Shown piece after piece: positions 1-10,800 of a stretch of 34,567 bases of DNA. A program made the position numbers and the translations under genes. The stretch's first letter is position 1. Every line of letters begins with the position of its first letter. The notes under the pieces were generated by a model, which was not told the DNA's origin, searched no databases, and saw only the letters and a program-made list of their open reading frames with translations. The stretch lies in IMG/VR virus record IMGVR_UViG_3300034116_000357, positions 1 to 34,567 of that record; one strand, 5' to 3'. Origin of the DNA: a virus (lineage: Duplodnaviria; Caudoviricetes).

Positions 1-516
1 CAAGGCATCATGATTAAAGAATCGGCTGGTATTACTACGCACACAAAAGGCGGTGGTACTTCTTACGTTACTTCTGGCTCAACTGCTGTTGGTGTTACTG
101 ACATTGCATTGGTAACAGGCAGCGGCACAGTATTAGCGGGTGACGTTGTAACATTTGCGGCAGATACTGCAAACAAATACGTTGTTGGCACTGGTGTTAC
201 TGCTGCTGGTACTATTTCATTAAATGCACCAGGCGCACAAAAAGTTATTGCTACAGCTAACGCTTTAACAGTTGGCGACTCTTACACACCAAGCGTTGCG
301 TTTCATAAATCAGCAGTCGAGTTAGGCATGCGCCCACCTGCAATGCCAAACGGTGGTGATTCTGCTGTTGACGTGATGACAGTACAAGACCCAACAAGCG
401 GTTTAGTATTTGAAATTGCAGTTTATAAAGGCTACATGAAAACCATGCTTGAAGTACGTTGTTTGTACGGCGTAAAAGTATGGAAACCAAACCACGTTGC
501 TACGTTGCTAGGTTAA
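1..516 (+). CDS. Major capsid protein, P22 coat-like, C-terminal part (5' truncated)
   Basis: Frame is open from base 1. The C-terminus (AFHKSAVEL...DPTSGLVFEIAVY...LYGVKVWKP) and a beta-rich insertion resemble the P22 coat family. It precedes the head-completion genes. Confidence 0.85.
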   Translation, partial: QGIMIKESAGITTHTKGGGTSYVTSGSTAVGVTDIALVTGSGTVLAGDVVTFAADTANKYVVGTGVTAAGTISLNAPGAQKVIATANALTVGDSYTPSVAFHKSAVELGMRPPAMPNGGDSAVDVMTVQDPTSGLVFEIAVYKGYMKTMLEVRCLYGVKVWKPNHVATLLG

Positions 517-579
517 TTTTTTCAGGGGGTTCGCGTTCGTTCCTGTTCGCGTTCTCCCGCCTTTATTTATGGCGGACTT

Positions 580-1059
580 ATGAAGCATTACGTTTGCAAA
601 ATAGCAACAAAACCAACTACGGTCACAGCGGGTACGGTTTATCAGGCGTTTGTTAATACCGATGAAACGTCACTGCGTATCACAAAAATGCACATTCAGC
701 TAGATAGCGCAGACGCGGGCGGCAATGGTAATTCAGTTTATGGGTTTGCTCGCATTAAAGGCACACCAACAAGCGGTACAACATTAACTGCAACAAAGTA
801 CGATAATCAAAACGAGCCTAGCAAAATGCTATGCTTACGCAATCAAGCGGGTTTAGATATGACAGGCGTAACGCAAGAGCCCTATTTTATGGAACGCTCA
901 GTTATTTCTAAATTCACTGGAAATGCGTCAACTATTGAGTTTGGCAATAATGGTGAAGGTTTTATATTGGCAAAAAATGAAGGTTTAATTATTTTTGCAG
1001 ATAACTCAGTTGTTTCTGGCAGCGGAATTTACGGCATGATTGAATGGATGGAGGATTAA
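580..1059 (+). CDS. Hypothetical virion protein, possibly capsid decoration
   Basis: 159-aa beta-rich ORF between the capsid and head-tail adaptor genes, with GGCGGA upstream of ATG. Confidence 0.55.
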   Translation: MKHYVCKIATKPTTVTAGTVYQAFVNTDETSLRITKMHIQLDSADAGGNGNSVYGFARIKGTPTSGTTLTATKYDNQNEPSKMLCLRNQAGLDMTGVTQEPYFMERSVISKFTGNASTIEFGNNGEGFILAKNEGLIIFADNSVVSGSGIYGMIEWMED

Positions 1060-1060
1060 A

Positions 1061-1591
1061 ATGGCGTTAATCGTTGAAGACGGTACTGGACTTGCAAACG
1101 CTGAAAGCTATGTTTCAGTAGCAGACGCGACAACCTACCATGCAAACATTGGCAACACAGCTTGGGCGGCAATTACAAGTGATGCAACAAAAGAACAATT
1201 ACTGCGCAAAGCCACAGATTATATGGTGGCTCAATATCGTTTGCAATATGCGGGTTATCGCAGATACTCGACACAGTCGCTTGATTGGCCGCGTTTATAC
1301 GTTCCATTAATTGATTCATTATCGGCAAATGTTTTTCCGCAATATGTGGATTTTGACATTGTGCCAACCACTGTAAAAAATGCGTGTGCTGAATTAGCGT
1401 TAAAATCTTACACAGCTATTTTAATGCAGGATTTAACACAAGGCGTTATTCGTGAAAAAGTAGACGTTATTGAGGTGGAATATGACAAATACTCACCACA
1501 GCAAACACGCTATGCTCAAATTGACGCCATGTTATCCGTGTTTTTTAAACAACAGGGTAATGATATGTCAAGATCATTGGTGAGAACATGA
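1061..1591 (+). CDS. Head-tail adaptor (DnaT-like phage family)
   Basis: GGAGGA RBS before ATG 1061. Motifs MALIVEDGTG..AESYVSV, QSLDWPR and VKNACAELA. Position after capsid. Confidence 0.8.
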   Translation: MALIVEDGTGLANAESYVSVADATTYHANIGNTAWAAITSDATKEQLLRKATDYMVAQYRLQYAGYRRYSTQSLDWPRLYVPLIDSLSANVFPQYVDFDIVPTTVKNACAELALKSYTAILMQDLTQGVIREKVDVIEVEYDKYSPQQTRYAQIDAMLSVFFKQQGNDMSRSLVRT

Positions 1592-1947
1592 CACTTGATG
1601 CTCGCGCTCGCTCCACAGCAGATAAATTGCTTGATAAGTTTGGCAAATCAATCACGCTAACGTCAATTGTTGAAGGTACTTATGACCCAACAACAGGGGA
1701 GTTATCGGGCGGAACAACAACATCCACTAATCATACTGCTGTTATCAAAGACTATAACGGAATTGATTTTATTAGCGGTGTAGTGCAAGCGGGCGACAGA
1801 AAGGTAATGATCGCGGCATTAGGTGCACCAACTCCACAGCCAGCCGATAAAGTAACCGTTGATAGTGAAGTTTATCAAGTGGTGGCGGTTCGTCATATCT
1901 GGTCGGGTGAATTACCCGCGCTTTATGAAATGCAGGTGAGAAAATGA
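1588..1947 (+). CDS. Head closure / head-tail joining protein
   Basis: ATGA overlap with the upstream gene, YDPTTG and GDRKV motifs, synteny. Confidence 0.7.
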   Translation: MTLDARARSTADKLLDKFGKSITLTSIVEGTYDPTTGELSGGTTTSTNHTAVIKDYNGIDFISGVVQAGDRKVMIAALGAPTPQPADKVTVDSEVYQVVAVRHIWSGELPALYEMQVRK

Positions 1948-2351
1948 CGGGTTCAATGTCGCAAATTGTGGCGCGTGCTAATGGTCACGTTGATAATAAA
2001 ATACGCGCTGCAACAAGTGAAGTGTTTAAGAATATTATTATGATGACACCAGTTGGAAATCCTAGTCAATGGAAAAATCCAGCATCAGCACCAGCAGGTT
2101 ACGTTGGTGGACGCGCTCGCGGTAATTGGCAATGTACAATTGGTGCGCCTTTTGTCGGTGAAGACGATAGTGGTAGCGTAATGAAAGCACAAAGTGTTAT
2201 ACCACGCAGAGCAGGAAGTGTTGTTTACTTAACCAATAACGTGCCATACATTGGAAGATTAGAATATGACGGGCATAGCAGACAAGCACCGGCAGGTATG
2301 GTGCGCGTATCTATTGCATTATTTGAAGGAGTTTTAAATGGCTCTAGTTGA
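1944..2351 (+). CDS. Neck / tail completion protein (HK97 gp10-like)
   Basis: TPV...GRARGNWQ and NNVPYIGRLEY.GHSRQAPAGMVR motifs, synteny. Confidence 0.75.
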   Translation: MTGSMSQIVARANGHVDNKIRAATSEVFKNIIMMTPVGNPSQWKNPASAPAGYVGGRARGNWQCTIGAPFVGEDDSGSVMKAQSVIPRRAGSVVYLTNNVPYIGRLEYDGHSRQAPAGMVRVSIALFEGVLNGSS

Positions 2352-2745
2352 AATTCGAACAGCGTTAGAAACTAAACTTAACGCGCTTACGCCTACACTT
2401 GCAACGGCATGGGAAAGTGTGCCGTTTACGCCTGTAGTGGGTACAGCATACCAGCAAGTAAATTTAATGATTGCAGACACGCTTAACCCTACACTAGGCG
2501 GCACACATTATCGCATTAAAGGATTTATGCAGGTACTTTTGTGTTATCCACCTAACGCAGGCGCAAAAACCGCAGCAACACGCGCTGATTTATTGGTTAA
2601 TCATTTTAAACGCGGTACAAGTTTAACAAGTGGCGGCATAACTGTTATTATTGACAAGACACCATCAATTGCACCGGCATTGATTGACGGGGTGCTTTAT
2701 AAAATTCCGGTATCAATTTATTTTTCAGCAGATATTTACTCTTAA
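2338..2745 (+). CDS. Tail terminator protein
   Basis: 135 aa, immediately upstream of the tail tube gene, with an AWE(N/S)V.F.P-type motif. Confidence 0.7.
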   Translation: MALVEIRTALETKLNALTPTLATAWESVPFTPVVGTAYQQVNLMIADTLNPTLGGTHYRIKGFMQVLLCYPPNAGAKTAATRADLLVNHFKRGTSLTSGGITVIIDKTPSIAPALIDGVLYKIPVSIYFSADIYS

Positions 2746-2756
2746 GAGGTTACAAA

Positions 2757-3968
2757 ATGACAATTGCTCAAGGCGTTAAAAAAGTCGTATCGTACAAAAA
2801 ACAAACTGGTTTAGGTTCTCCAGCTTCAGGAAGTGGCGGTCAGGAATTAAGACGTGTGACCAGCACAATCAATTTAACAAAAGATACTTATCAATCAAAC
2901 GAGATTCGCTCAGACCAGCAAATTGCTGATTTCAGACACGGCTCAAAACAAGTAACGGGTACATTAAGTGCAGAATTATCGGCTGGCACTTATAAAGATT
3001 TTTTACAGTCTGTATTGCGCAAAGATTTTGTAGCTATTTCTTCATTGACAGCAGCGGCTGTGACTATTGTTGCATCAACTGGTGTGATTACATTCCAAAC
3101 AGGAAACCCGCTAACAGGCGGCATTAAAATTGGTAATGTGGTTCGTATTACAGTCGGCAGTGTTAACGCGGCTAACTTAAACAAAAATTTGTTAGTGACA
3201 GGCGTTACAGCAAGCACATTGACTGTTAAAACTTTAAACGGTAGCGCATTGGCTGATAATGCTACTTCAGTTACTGGTGTAACAATTGCAATTCCCGGCA
3301 AATATACTTATGTGCCAGAAACTGCACAAACACAAGATTATTATACAATTGAGCATTGGTTCTCAGATGTAGCGCAATCAGAGGCTTACCAAGACGTTGT
3401 TCAAACTAATGCACAGATTAAAATCCCTGCAAATGGCATGGCAACTATTGACTTTCCGTTAGTTGGCTTAAACGTATCAACAGGCACATCACAAGTGTTA
3501 ACTTCACCAACTGCAATCACAACAGGTGGTGTTACTGCTGGCGTTAACGGTTTGTTATTAGTTGCAGGCTCACCTGTTGCAATCGTTACTTCAATTGATT
3601 TTGATGTTAACGGTAATGTTGCAGTTGCGGACGCGGTAGTGGGTTCATTAACACGCCCAGATGTATTTCAAGGCACTGTAGGTGCAACTGGTACTTTTAG
3701 TGCTTACTTTACTGACGCAACATTCCGTGATTACTTCATCAACGAAACTGAAGTTTCAATTGTGGTTGCATTGACAACAGATAGCACTGCAACAGCAGAC
3801 TTTGTTGTGTTCACGATGTCACGCGTTAAAGTTGGTGGTGCTGATGTTACTGATGGTGCGTCTGGTTTAACTCGCACATTCCCATTCACTGCGTTAAAAA
3901 ACACAGCGGGTGGCAGTGCAGCGGCTAATTTAGCGACAACAATCATGGTTCAAGATTCACTCGCTTAA
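2757..3968 (+). CDS. Major tail tube protein with an inserted beta domain
   Basis: GAGG RBS. LRRVTSTINLTKDTYQSNEIRSDQQIADFRHG and YTIEHWFSD motifs. Followed by a terminator and chaperone genes. Confidence 0.85.
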   Translation: MTIAQGVKKVVSYKKQTGLGSPASGSGGQELRRVTSTINLTKDTYQSNEIRSDQQIADFRHGSKQVTGTLSAELSAGTYKDFLQSVLRKDFVAISSLTAAAVTIVASTGVITFQTGNPLTGGIKIGNVVRITVGSVNAANLNKNLLVTGVTASTLTVKTLNGSALADNATSVTGVTIAIPGKYTYVPETAQTQDYYTIEHWFSDVAQSEAYQDVVQTNAQIKIPANGMATIDFPLVGLNVSTGTSQVLTSPTAITTGGVTAGVNGLLLVAGSPVAIVTSIDFDVNGNVAVADAVVGSLTRPDVFQGTVGATGTFSAYFTDATFRDYFINETEVSIVVALTTDSTATADFVVFTMSRVKVGGADVTDGASGLTRTFPFTALKNTAGGSAAANLATTIMVQDSLA

Positions 3969-3983
3969 AAATAGTGCTACAAT

Positions 3984-4022
3984 TACCCACGCTTGTAATT
4001 TTGCAGGCGTGGGTATTTTTTT
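3984..4022 (+). terminator. Rho-independent terminator after the tail tube gene
   Basis: TACCCACGCTTG / CAGGCGTGGGTA stem followed by a T7 run. Confidence 0.8.
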
Positions 4023-4046
4023 ATAAATCAACAGGAACATACGAAC

Positions 4047-4454
4047 ATGAGCAAAGAAAATAAAGGTTTATCATTAGCTGATTTGGATTTAGTTAGCGCG
4101 TCAGAAAACGCTTACGAGTTTGAATATCTAAGACCAGACGGCAGTGACACAGGCGTTTTTGTAACGGTACTAGGCGCACAAGCACCTAAAGTACAAGACT
4201 GGGTTCGCAAAACACTTAACAGAAGAAAATCACAAGACCAATTAGCGGCAAAACGCGGCAAAGAAATTGAGCGCACAATTGAAGATGATGAGCAATTTGG
4301 TATTGATGCAGCAGCAATTCGTGTTGTTGGTTGGCGCGGCATTACTGAACCATACTCACATGAGAACGCTTTAATTTTAATGGAACGCAATAGTGAATTG
4401 CGTGAACAAGTATTTGAGGCAAGTAATAACTTGGGAAACTTCACCAAAGCCTAA
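4047..4454 (+). CDS. Tail assembly chaperone (gpG-like)
   Basis: Lies between tube and tape measure genes and carries an in-frame slippery site near its 3' end. Confidence 0.8.
   Translation: MSKENKGLSLADLDLVSASENAYEFEYLRPDGSDTGVFVTVLGAQAPKVQDWVRKTLNRRKSQDQLAAKRGKEIERTIEDDEQFGIDAAAIRVVGWRGITEPYSHENALILMERNSELREQVFEASNNLGNFTKA
4433..4439 (+). other. -1 programmed ribosomal frameshift site G GGA AAC
   Basis: X XXY YYZ heptamer in the correct phase. The -1 frame is open from 4433 to the stop at 4819. Confidence 0.8.
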
Positions 4455-4819
4455 TTGATGACCTTGTTACGTTTGGCAAACGTGAGTTTGAACTCAGCAA
4501 AACAAACGATAACGGTTCAAGTTTACGCGATGAAGCTCAAGCTATTGTTGCAATGGGGCATGAGATACCAGACGATTATAAGTCGCTACCTATGCCAGAA
4601 AATTACAGACATTGCTGGTCGTGGTTTGGTGAATTAAGCCGCACACGTTCCAGCAATGGATTTGGTCAAAATCCAATTAGTTACAGTGAAATTGACGCTT
4701 GGTCACGATTGACCAATATTGAATTAACACCATTAGAAGTAAGTGCTATTATGAGGTTAGATAGTGCTTACTTAACAATCCAAGCCGAGCAAATTGCACA
4801 ACGGAGCAAGAAAAAATGA
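4439..4819 (+). CDS. Tail assembly chaperone gpT-like part, expressed as a frameshift fusion (includes ORF 4553-4819)
   Basis: The -1 frame reads LHQSLIDDLVTFGKREF...WSWFGELSRTRSSNGFGQNPISYSEIDAW, a typical gpT-like C-terminus. ATGA overlap with the tape measure gene. Confidence 0.75.
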   Translation, partial: LHQSLIDDLVTFGKREFELSKTNDNGSSLRDEAQAIVAMGHEIPDDYKSLPMPENYRHCWSWFGELSRTRSSNGFGQNPISYSEIDAWSRLTNIELTPLEVSAIMRLDSAYLTIQAEQIAQRSKKK

Positions 4820-7800
4820 CAACAGATACCTATTCCATTCAAGTCTCAGTCGATTCGACCAGTGCAGTAACAGCCACGCGCAATTTAACGGCAATGGAGC
4901 AAGCAACGGGCAGAAGTGAACGTGCTTTGTTTAGTTTAGGTAACATGGCAAAAGCAGCAAGCGCGGCTTTGCTTGGCATTGGATTTAAAACCGTAATTAG
5001 TGAAATGGCATCGTTTGAAACAAAAATGCTTCAATTAAAATCGTTAACCGATGCCACCACTCAACAAATGAAAGCAATGGAAAAACAAGCGCGTGAACTT
5101 GGCGCAACCACTGCATTTTCAGCACAGCAAGCAGCAGAGGCGCAAGGCGTTTTAGCGTCAGCAGGTTTAAAAACAAATGAGATATTAGCAGCAACACCAA
5201 AAGTTTTAGAATTAGCAGCAGCCGGAAGTTTGGAATTATCAAAAGCGGCTGAAATTTCAACTGGAACAATGAAGGCTTTAGGGCTAGAACTTAGTGACCT
5301 TGGACGAATAAATGATGTATTTGCTAAAGCAGCAGGAGATTCCAGCACAAGCGTAAAAGAAATTGGCGATGCAATGGGACAAATTGCTCCAATTGCTAAA
5401 ACTTTTAAAATAGGATTAGAAACATTATCGGCATCACTTGGAATTTTAGCTGATAACCAAATCAAAGGAAGTGAAGCAGGAAACAATTTAAAAGCAATGC
5501 TTGTTGCATTAAGCAATGACACAAAAGATAACATTGAGATATTAAAAAAACATGGAGTCACTTATTCTCAACTAAATGTTGAAGTTTATGGTTTGGCAAA
5601 AGTTATGAAGGTGCTACAAAATGCACATTTAAGCGGTGCTGAATCATTAAAAATATTTGGTAGTGATGCAGCAGCAGCAGGGAATATTTTAGCGGCTAAC
5701 TCTGCAAAAATAGATGAATATGCCAAAAAACTAGAAAACGCAGACGGTTCAGCTAAAAAAATGGCTGATACTTTAAATCAAGGATTAGCAAAAGCTATTG
5801 ATTCATTTAAAGGTACATTAAGTGAAGCGGCATTGCAATTAGGCGATTCTGGTTTAAAAGGCGCATTGACTGATGTGATACAACAAGCAACAGGTGTTAT
5901 TGCAATTTATGAAGGCATGGGTGATAAATTTGCAGAATCTAATAACTATACAAAAGAGCAATACGACAATTTAAAAAGCGTAGCAGACGAATTAAAAATT
6001 GTTGCGGGCGCGGCTGGCGGTATTGCAAGTCTAACTGCGGTTATTTGGGGTGCTAACGCGGCTATGGTAGCGTTTAACATTGCAACCCGCGCTAATCCTT
6101 TAATTATGGGCGCAACAGTTGTAGCGGCAGCAGCAGGCGCAACATTTGCAAAGATAGCAGATAATCAAAGCACCATTGATAAACAAATTGAAACAGCAGA
6201 AAAACGCATTGCGGCAATGGAAAAATATGGTTTACCAAATTTAATTGGTACGGCAGTTGGTTTTGATACTGAAAAAGAACGCACAAAATTAACTGCGTTA
6301 AAACAATTTAAAGAGGAACAGCTTGCAGCAACAAAAGCAACTATTGATGCAACCGCAAAAACTGAAAAACACACTGAAGCAGCCAAAACAAATACAGTCG
6401 CAACAGCAGATTCAACAGATAAAACTAAAAAAACATCTGAAGCTAAAAAAGAAGCAGCAAAAGCCGCTAAAGATTTAGCCGAAGCAGAGCGTTATTTTAA
6501 CGAACAACTTAACGCACAAGTAGCAGCGGCAGAAAACGCAGGCAAGTTATTTGCAGCACAGCAACAAACTAAACTGGCTGGAATTGAAGCAGAAAAACAA
6601 TCCATTATTGATAAAGCGTCAATTGAGTATCAACACGCAACCAGCTACGAAGAAAAATCACGCATATTAAACGAATCTCAAAATGCGACCAATGCACTAC
6701 TCGCAAAAGAAAAAGAGATCCGCGATGCGCTAACTAATCAAAGCGCAGAAACCATTGACGCTAAAATCGCAGCGGCACAATCTGAATTAGACAATGCTGG
6801 TCAATACAATTTAACGCTGGCTGAACAACTGCGTTTAAAAACTGAAATTGCTGGATTGCAAACAGAAAAAGCAATCATAGGCGAAACAGCAAGCCAATCT
6901 GATATTAAAGCTAAGTCAGACGCAGAAAAAAAAGCTAATGATGATAGATTAGCAGCCATTAAAGCTATTGATGACGCTCAGACAGCAGCTAATACAGCGT
7001 CAACGGCTCAAATGGCAATACTTACAGCCAACCTAGATGCAGCAAAAGAAGCAGCAACAGGGTTAGCTGATGCGTTTGGCAGTGTAGGCAGTGCAGTTGG
7101 TGGATTAGGTGTTGCGTTGGCATCTTATGAAAAGTCACAGGCTGCCATTGCTGACGGATTGCAAAACCAATTATTTGAGATTCAAAAACTCAATGATGGC
7201 AAAGGCGATCAAGCAAAAACTGATAAAGCCATTGCAGCAGCAAATCAAAAACAATCACAATTACAGGTTAAGTCATACGGTGATATGGCGGCAGCGGCAC
7301 AGGGATTCTTTAAGAAAGGCACAGCAGGATATAACGCGCTAGGCGTTGCAACTAAAGTTTTCCGCGCGTTTGAAATGGCTCAGTCTGCAATGTCAATGGT
7401 TAGAATGATTGCAGATAATGGCGCAAAAGTAGGCGCGTATATTACAGGGTTATTTACACAAACCGCAGCCAATACAGCATCAGTTGCGCCAAACGTTGCA
7501 GCAGATGCAACTAAAGCTACAGCATCTGGAACGGCAGCAGTAGCACAAGCGTCTAATGCACCATTTCCAATTGGGTTTGCTACAGGTGCGGCAATGCTGG
7601 CGTTTATGCTTGCAATTGGCGTTGCAATGGCTGGTGGCAGTAGTAGTGCGCCAACCATGACGGGTGCTGATTATGAAAAACAACAAACCGAAAAATACAG
7701 CGCATCATTAAAAACAAGTGTTTTAGGAAAAGATGAATATTCAAACTCAATTGCTAATTCATTAGAAGCATTAAAAAATAATTCATCAGCAGATTTGGAT

Positions 7801-10800
7801 TATTCATTGGGCATGCTTAGAGCGATGGAAAAAGTAGCCACATCAATGGATACTCTTGTTTCAATGACAGCCAAGCAATTAAATATTGATATTGGTCAAA
7901 TAACTTCAAGCATGAAATTTGGAACATCAACATCATCAAATAGCCCTCTTGGATCAAATGATTTAGTTAATTTATTAGTATTTGGTTTATTTGGTGGTTT
8001 CTTTACAAAAACATCTGTAAAAACAGAATTTGCTGGAGCGGGAATTAAATTTATAGATCAAACATTAGGCTCAATTGTTACCGAAGGAATTAAAGGCGCA
8101 CAAACTTATGTGGATGTTTTAGTTACCACAACAAAAAGCAATTTCTTTGGAATGTTTAAATCTGTTAAACAAGAAATTAAAACAAAGTACACTGCGTTAA
8201 GTGATGAAATAGCTAATTCAATATCTTATACAATTGTAAGCATGTATAACGCTATTGCTATTGCTTCAAAACAAACAGGAAATATAGGGATTGTTGATAC
8301 ATTAAAAGGATACACTGTATCACTTGGAAAAATTCCACTTGGAAAAGACCCAGCAAAATATGAAGAAATATTCAAAGCCACCATCAATAAATTGGGTGAC
8401 GATTTGGCTATGCTTGACCCGCGTTTTAAAGATTTCCAACGTATTGGTGAAGGTTATTTAGAAACGCTAACAAGAACATCAAACGGCATTGTTACAGCAC
8501 AACAAAAACTTGCAGCGGCTGGCATTGTTGCTATTGATTATACAAATATCAAAGAAAAGCAAGGTGATGTTGAAGCGGAATTGGTTAGAGATTCAATTTT
8601 AGCAACAAACAGTCTAACTGATGTTAGCGACATTATGAGCAATTTATCTGGTACAGCAGATGAATTGCTTGCTGCGCTTAAAAATTTAAATGAGATTAAA
8701 TTTGGTTTAAATGCAATTGGATTAGGTTCAATTGATTTAAATCAAAAAATGATTAACGCAGCAGGTGGGTTAAGCGCGTTTAATTCTTCAATAAATGATT
8801 TTATTGGCTCAATACTATCGCCTGAAGATCAATTAAATATTAAAACCGCACGAGTAGCGTCAAGTTTAGAAAGTTTAGGCATAACAATGCCAAACCTAGG
8901 TGGAAACGCGCAAGATTCTTTAGATTACTATAAAAATTTATTACAACAAGCTGCGCAAGATACTACTGAAGCAGGTGATCGCGCATTTGTTAAATTGTTG
9001 CAATTAGCTAATGACTTTGCATCAGTAGCAACAGAAACTGCAAAACTAGCCGCTGATGAGTTAAACAAAACGCTTGATGAGTTTAAAGCTAAGCAATCAG
9101 AAATAGCGGCAACGATTAAAACAGAACAAGGCAACATTGTTAAATCAACTGATTTATTGATTTCTGTTTATAAAAAACTAGGCGAAGTTGATTTAGCATC
9201 GAAAGAAGAAGCGTTAAGACTTGAGCGTGAAAAAGCCGTAAGAGGTTTAGATGCTGAATCTGCAAGCGTTGTTACTGCATTAAATAATTTAACTTATATC
9301 ATCAACGTATTTAATGAAGCATCGGCTGGTTTAAAATCAGCGTATCAATCATTAACTGCTATGCGTGATAGATTTGTAAGCATTGGCGATTCTTTAAGTG
9401 CTTATCTTGGCGATCTAAACAATACATCGTCAGATTATGAAAACGCTCGCACGTTATTCTTAAAAACGTCAGAGCTTGCAAAAGGCGATAATGAACAAGC
9501 GTTAAAAGACTTGGAGAATGTATCTAAAGCGTTTTTATCAGCATCTAAATCAAGAAGTGACGCTGAAATACAAGCCGCACAAGATTCAGTTAACACTGCA
9601 AAATCTGCGTTAACATCTGCGCAAGACGCATTAAAACAAGCGCAAGAAGAACAAGCAGCGGCACAATTGCAAGCGTCAAAAGATGCGCTGTCAAATCAAA
9701 AACAAGCGTTAGCAGACCAAGTCAGCGCACTAAAAGAAAACGTCAGCACAATTACTGCGTTTAAAGATAAATTATTGAGCGTTAGCAAATCGCTTGGAAG
9801 TTATTTAAAAGAGCTAACAAATGAATCACAAAATTATGATGCGGCAAAAGCAGAATTTTTAAGAATTGCTGCATTAGCAAAAACAGGTGATGAACAGGCG
9901 TTGCAAGACTTAGAAAATACTGCAAAAGATTTCTTAAGTATCTCAAAAACTCAAATTGATGATTCAACAAAAATATTTAAAGATGCAATTGATACGTCAA
10001 AAGCAGGATTAAAAACGGCTTATGACGCTGTTGTTGCTTTGCGTGATAAGTTTAAATCCATTAGACAATCACTGGTAGATTATAAATTAGAAATTACTGG
10101 CGCAGGTACGCCACAGGGTTCGCCAGAATCAATTTATAGATCAACTAAAAAAGCGTTTGAAGATGCAAAAATTTTAGCCGCTGGCGGTAATGAGCAGGCA
10201 TTGACTGATTTGCCAAGCATTGCAAAATCATTCTTAGATGCGTCATTAAAATATAACGCAACTGGCATGGATTATCAGGCAGATTATCAATCTGTTTTAG
10301 GCTCGCTTGATACTTCAATTGCAAAAGTTGATAGCCAGATTGATATTTTAAACAAGCAATTATCAGCCGCAGAATCAGCCGATAAAAGTTTGATTGATTT
10401 AAATGCAAGTGCGCTGTCAATTGATGAAGCAATCAAAGCCTATAAAACCGCATTAGACTCAGAATCACAAGCGGCAGCTATCCGTTATGAAGAAGATAAA
10501 GCGTTAGTAATAGCTAATGCAACTGAAGTAAAAGCTAATGCTGATTTGCAAATTACAAATTCAACCAAACAGATTGAAAAATTAAAAGAGCAAATTACGC
10601 TAGCCAATACACAGATTGGTAAGATAGACGAGCAACTAACATTGCTTACTTCAGCAAAAACATCATTAGCCAGTATTGATGATTTAACCGCTAAAGTAAA
10701 AGAAGCGCAAGACGATTTAAATACTGCAATGGCGGCACAGGCGGTAGTTGATACAAAGCGTTATGAAGAAGACAAAGAGCTTGTTAAGAAAAATGTAAAA

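Noticed and set aside
4455-4637. 60-aa ORF between the chaperone genes
   Set aside because: It overlaps the -1 frameshift frame, which explains the region better.
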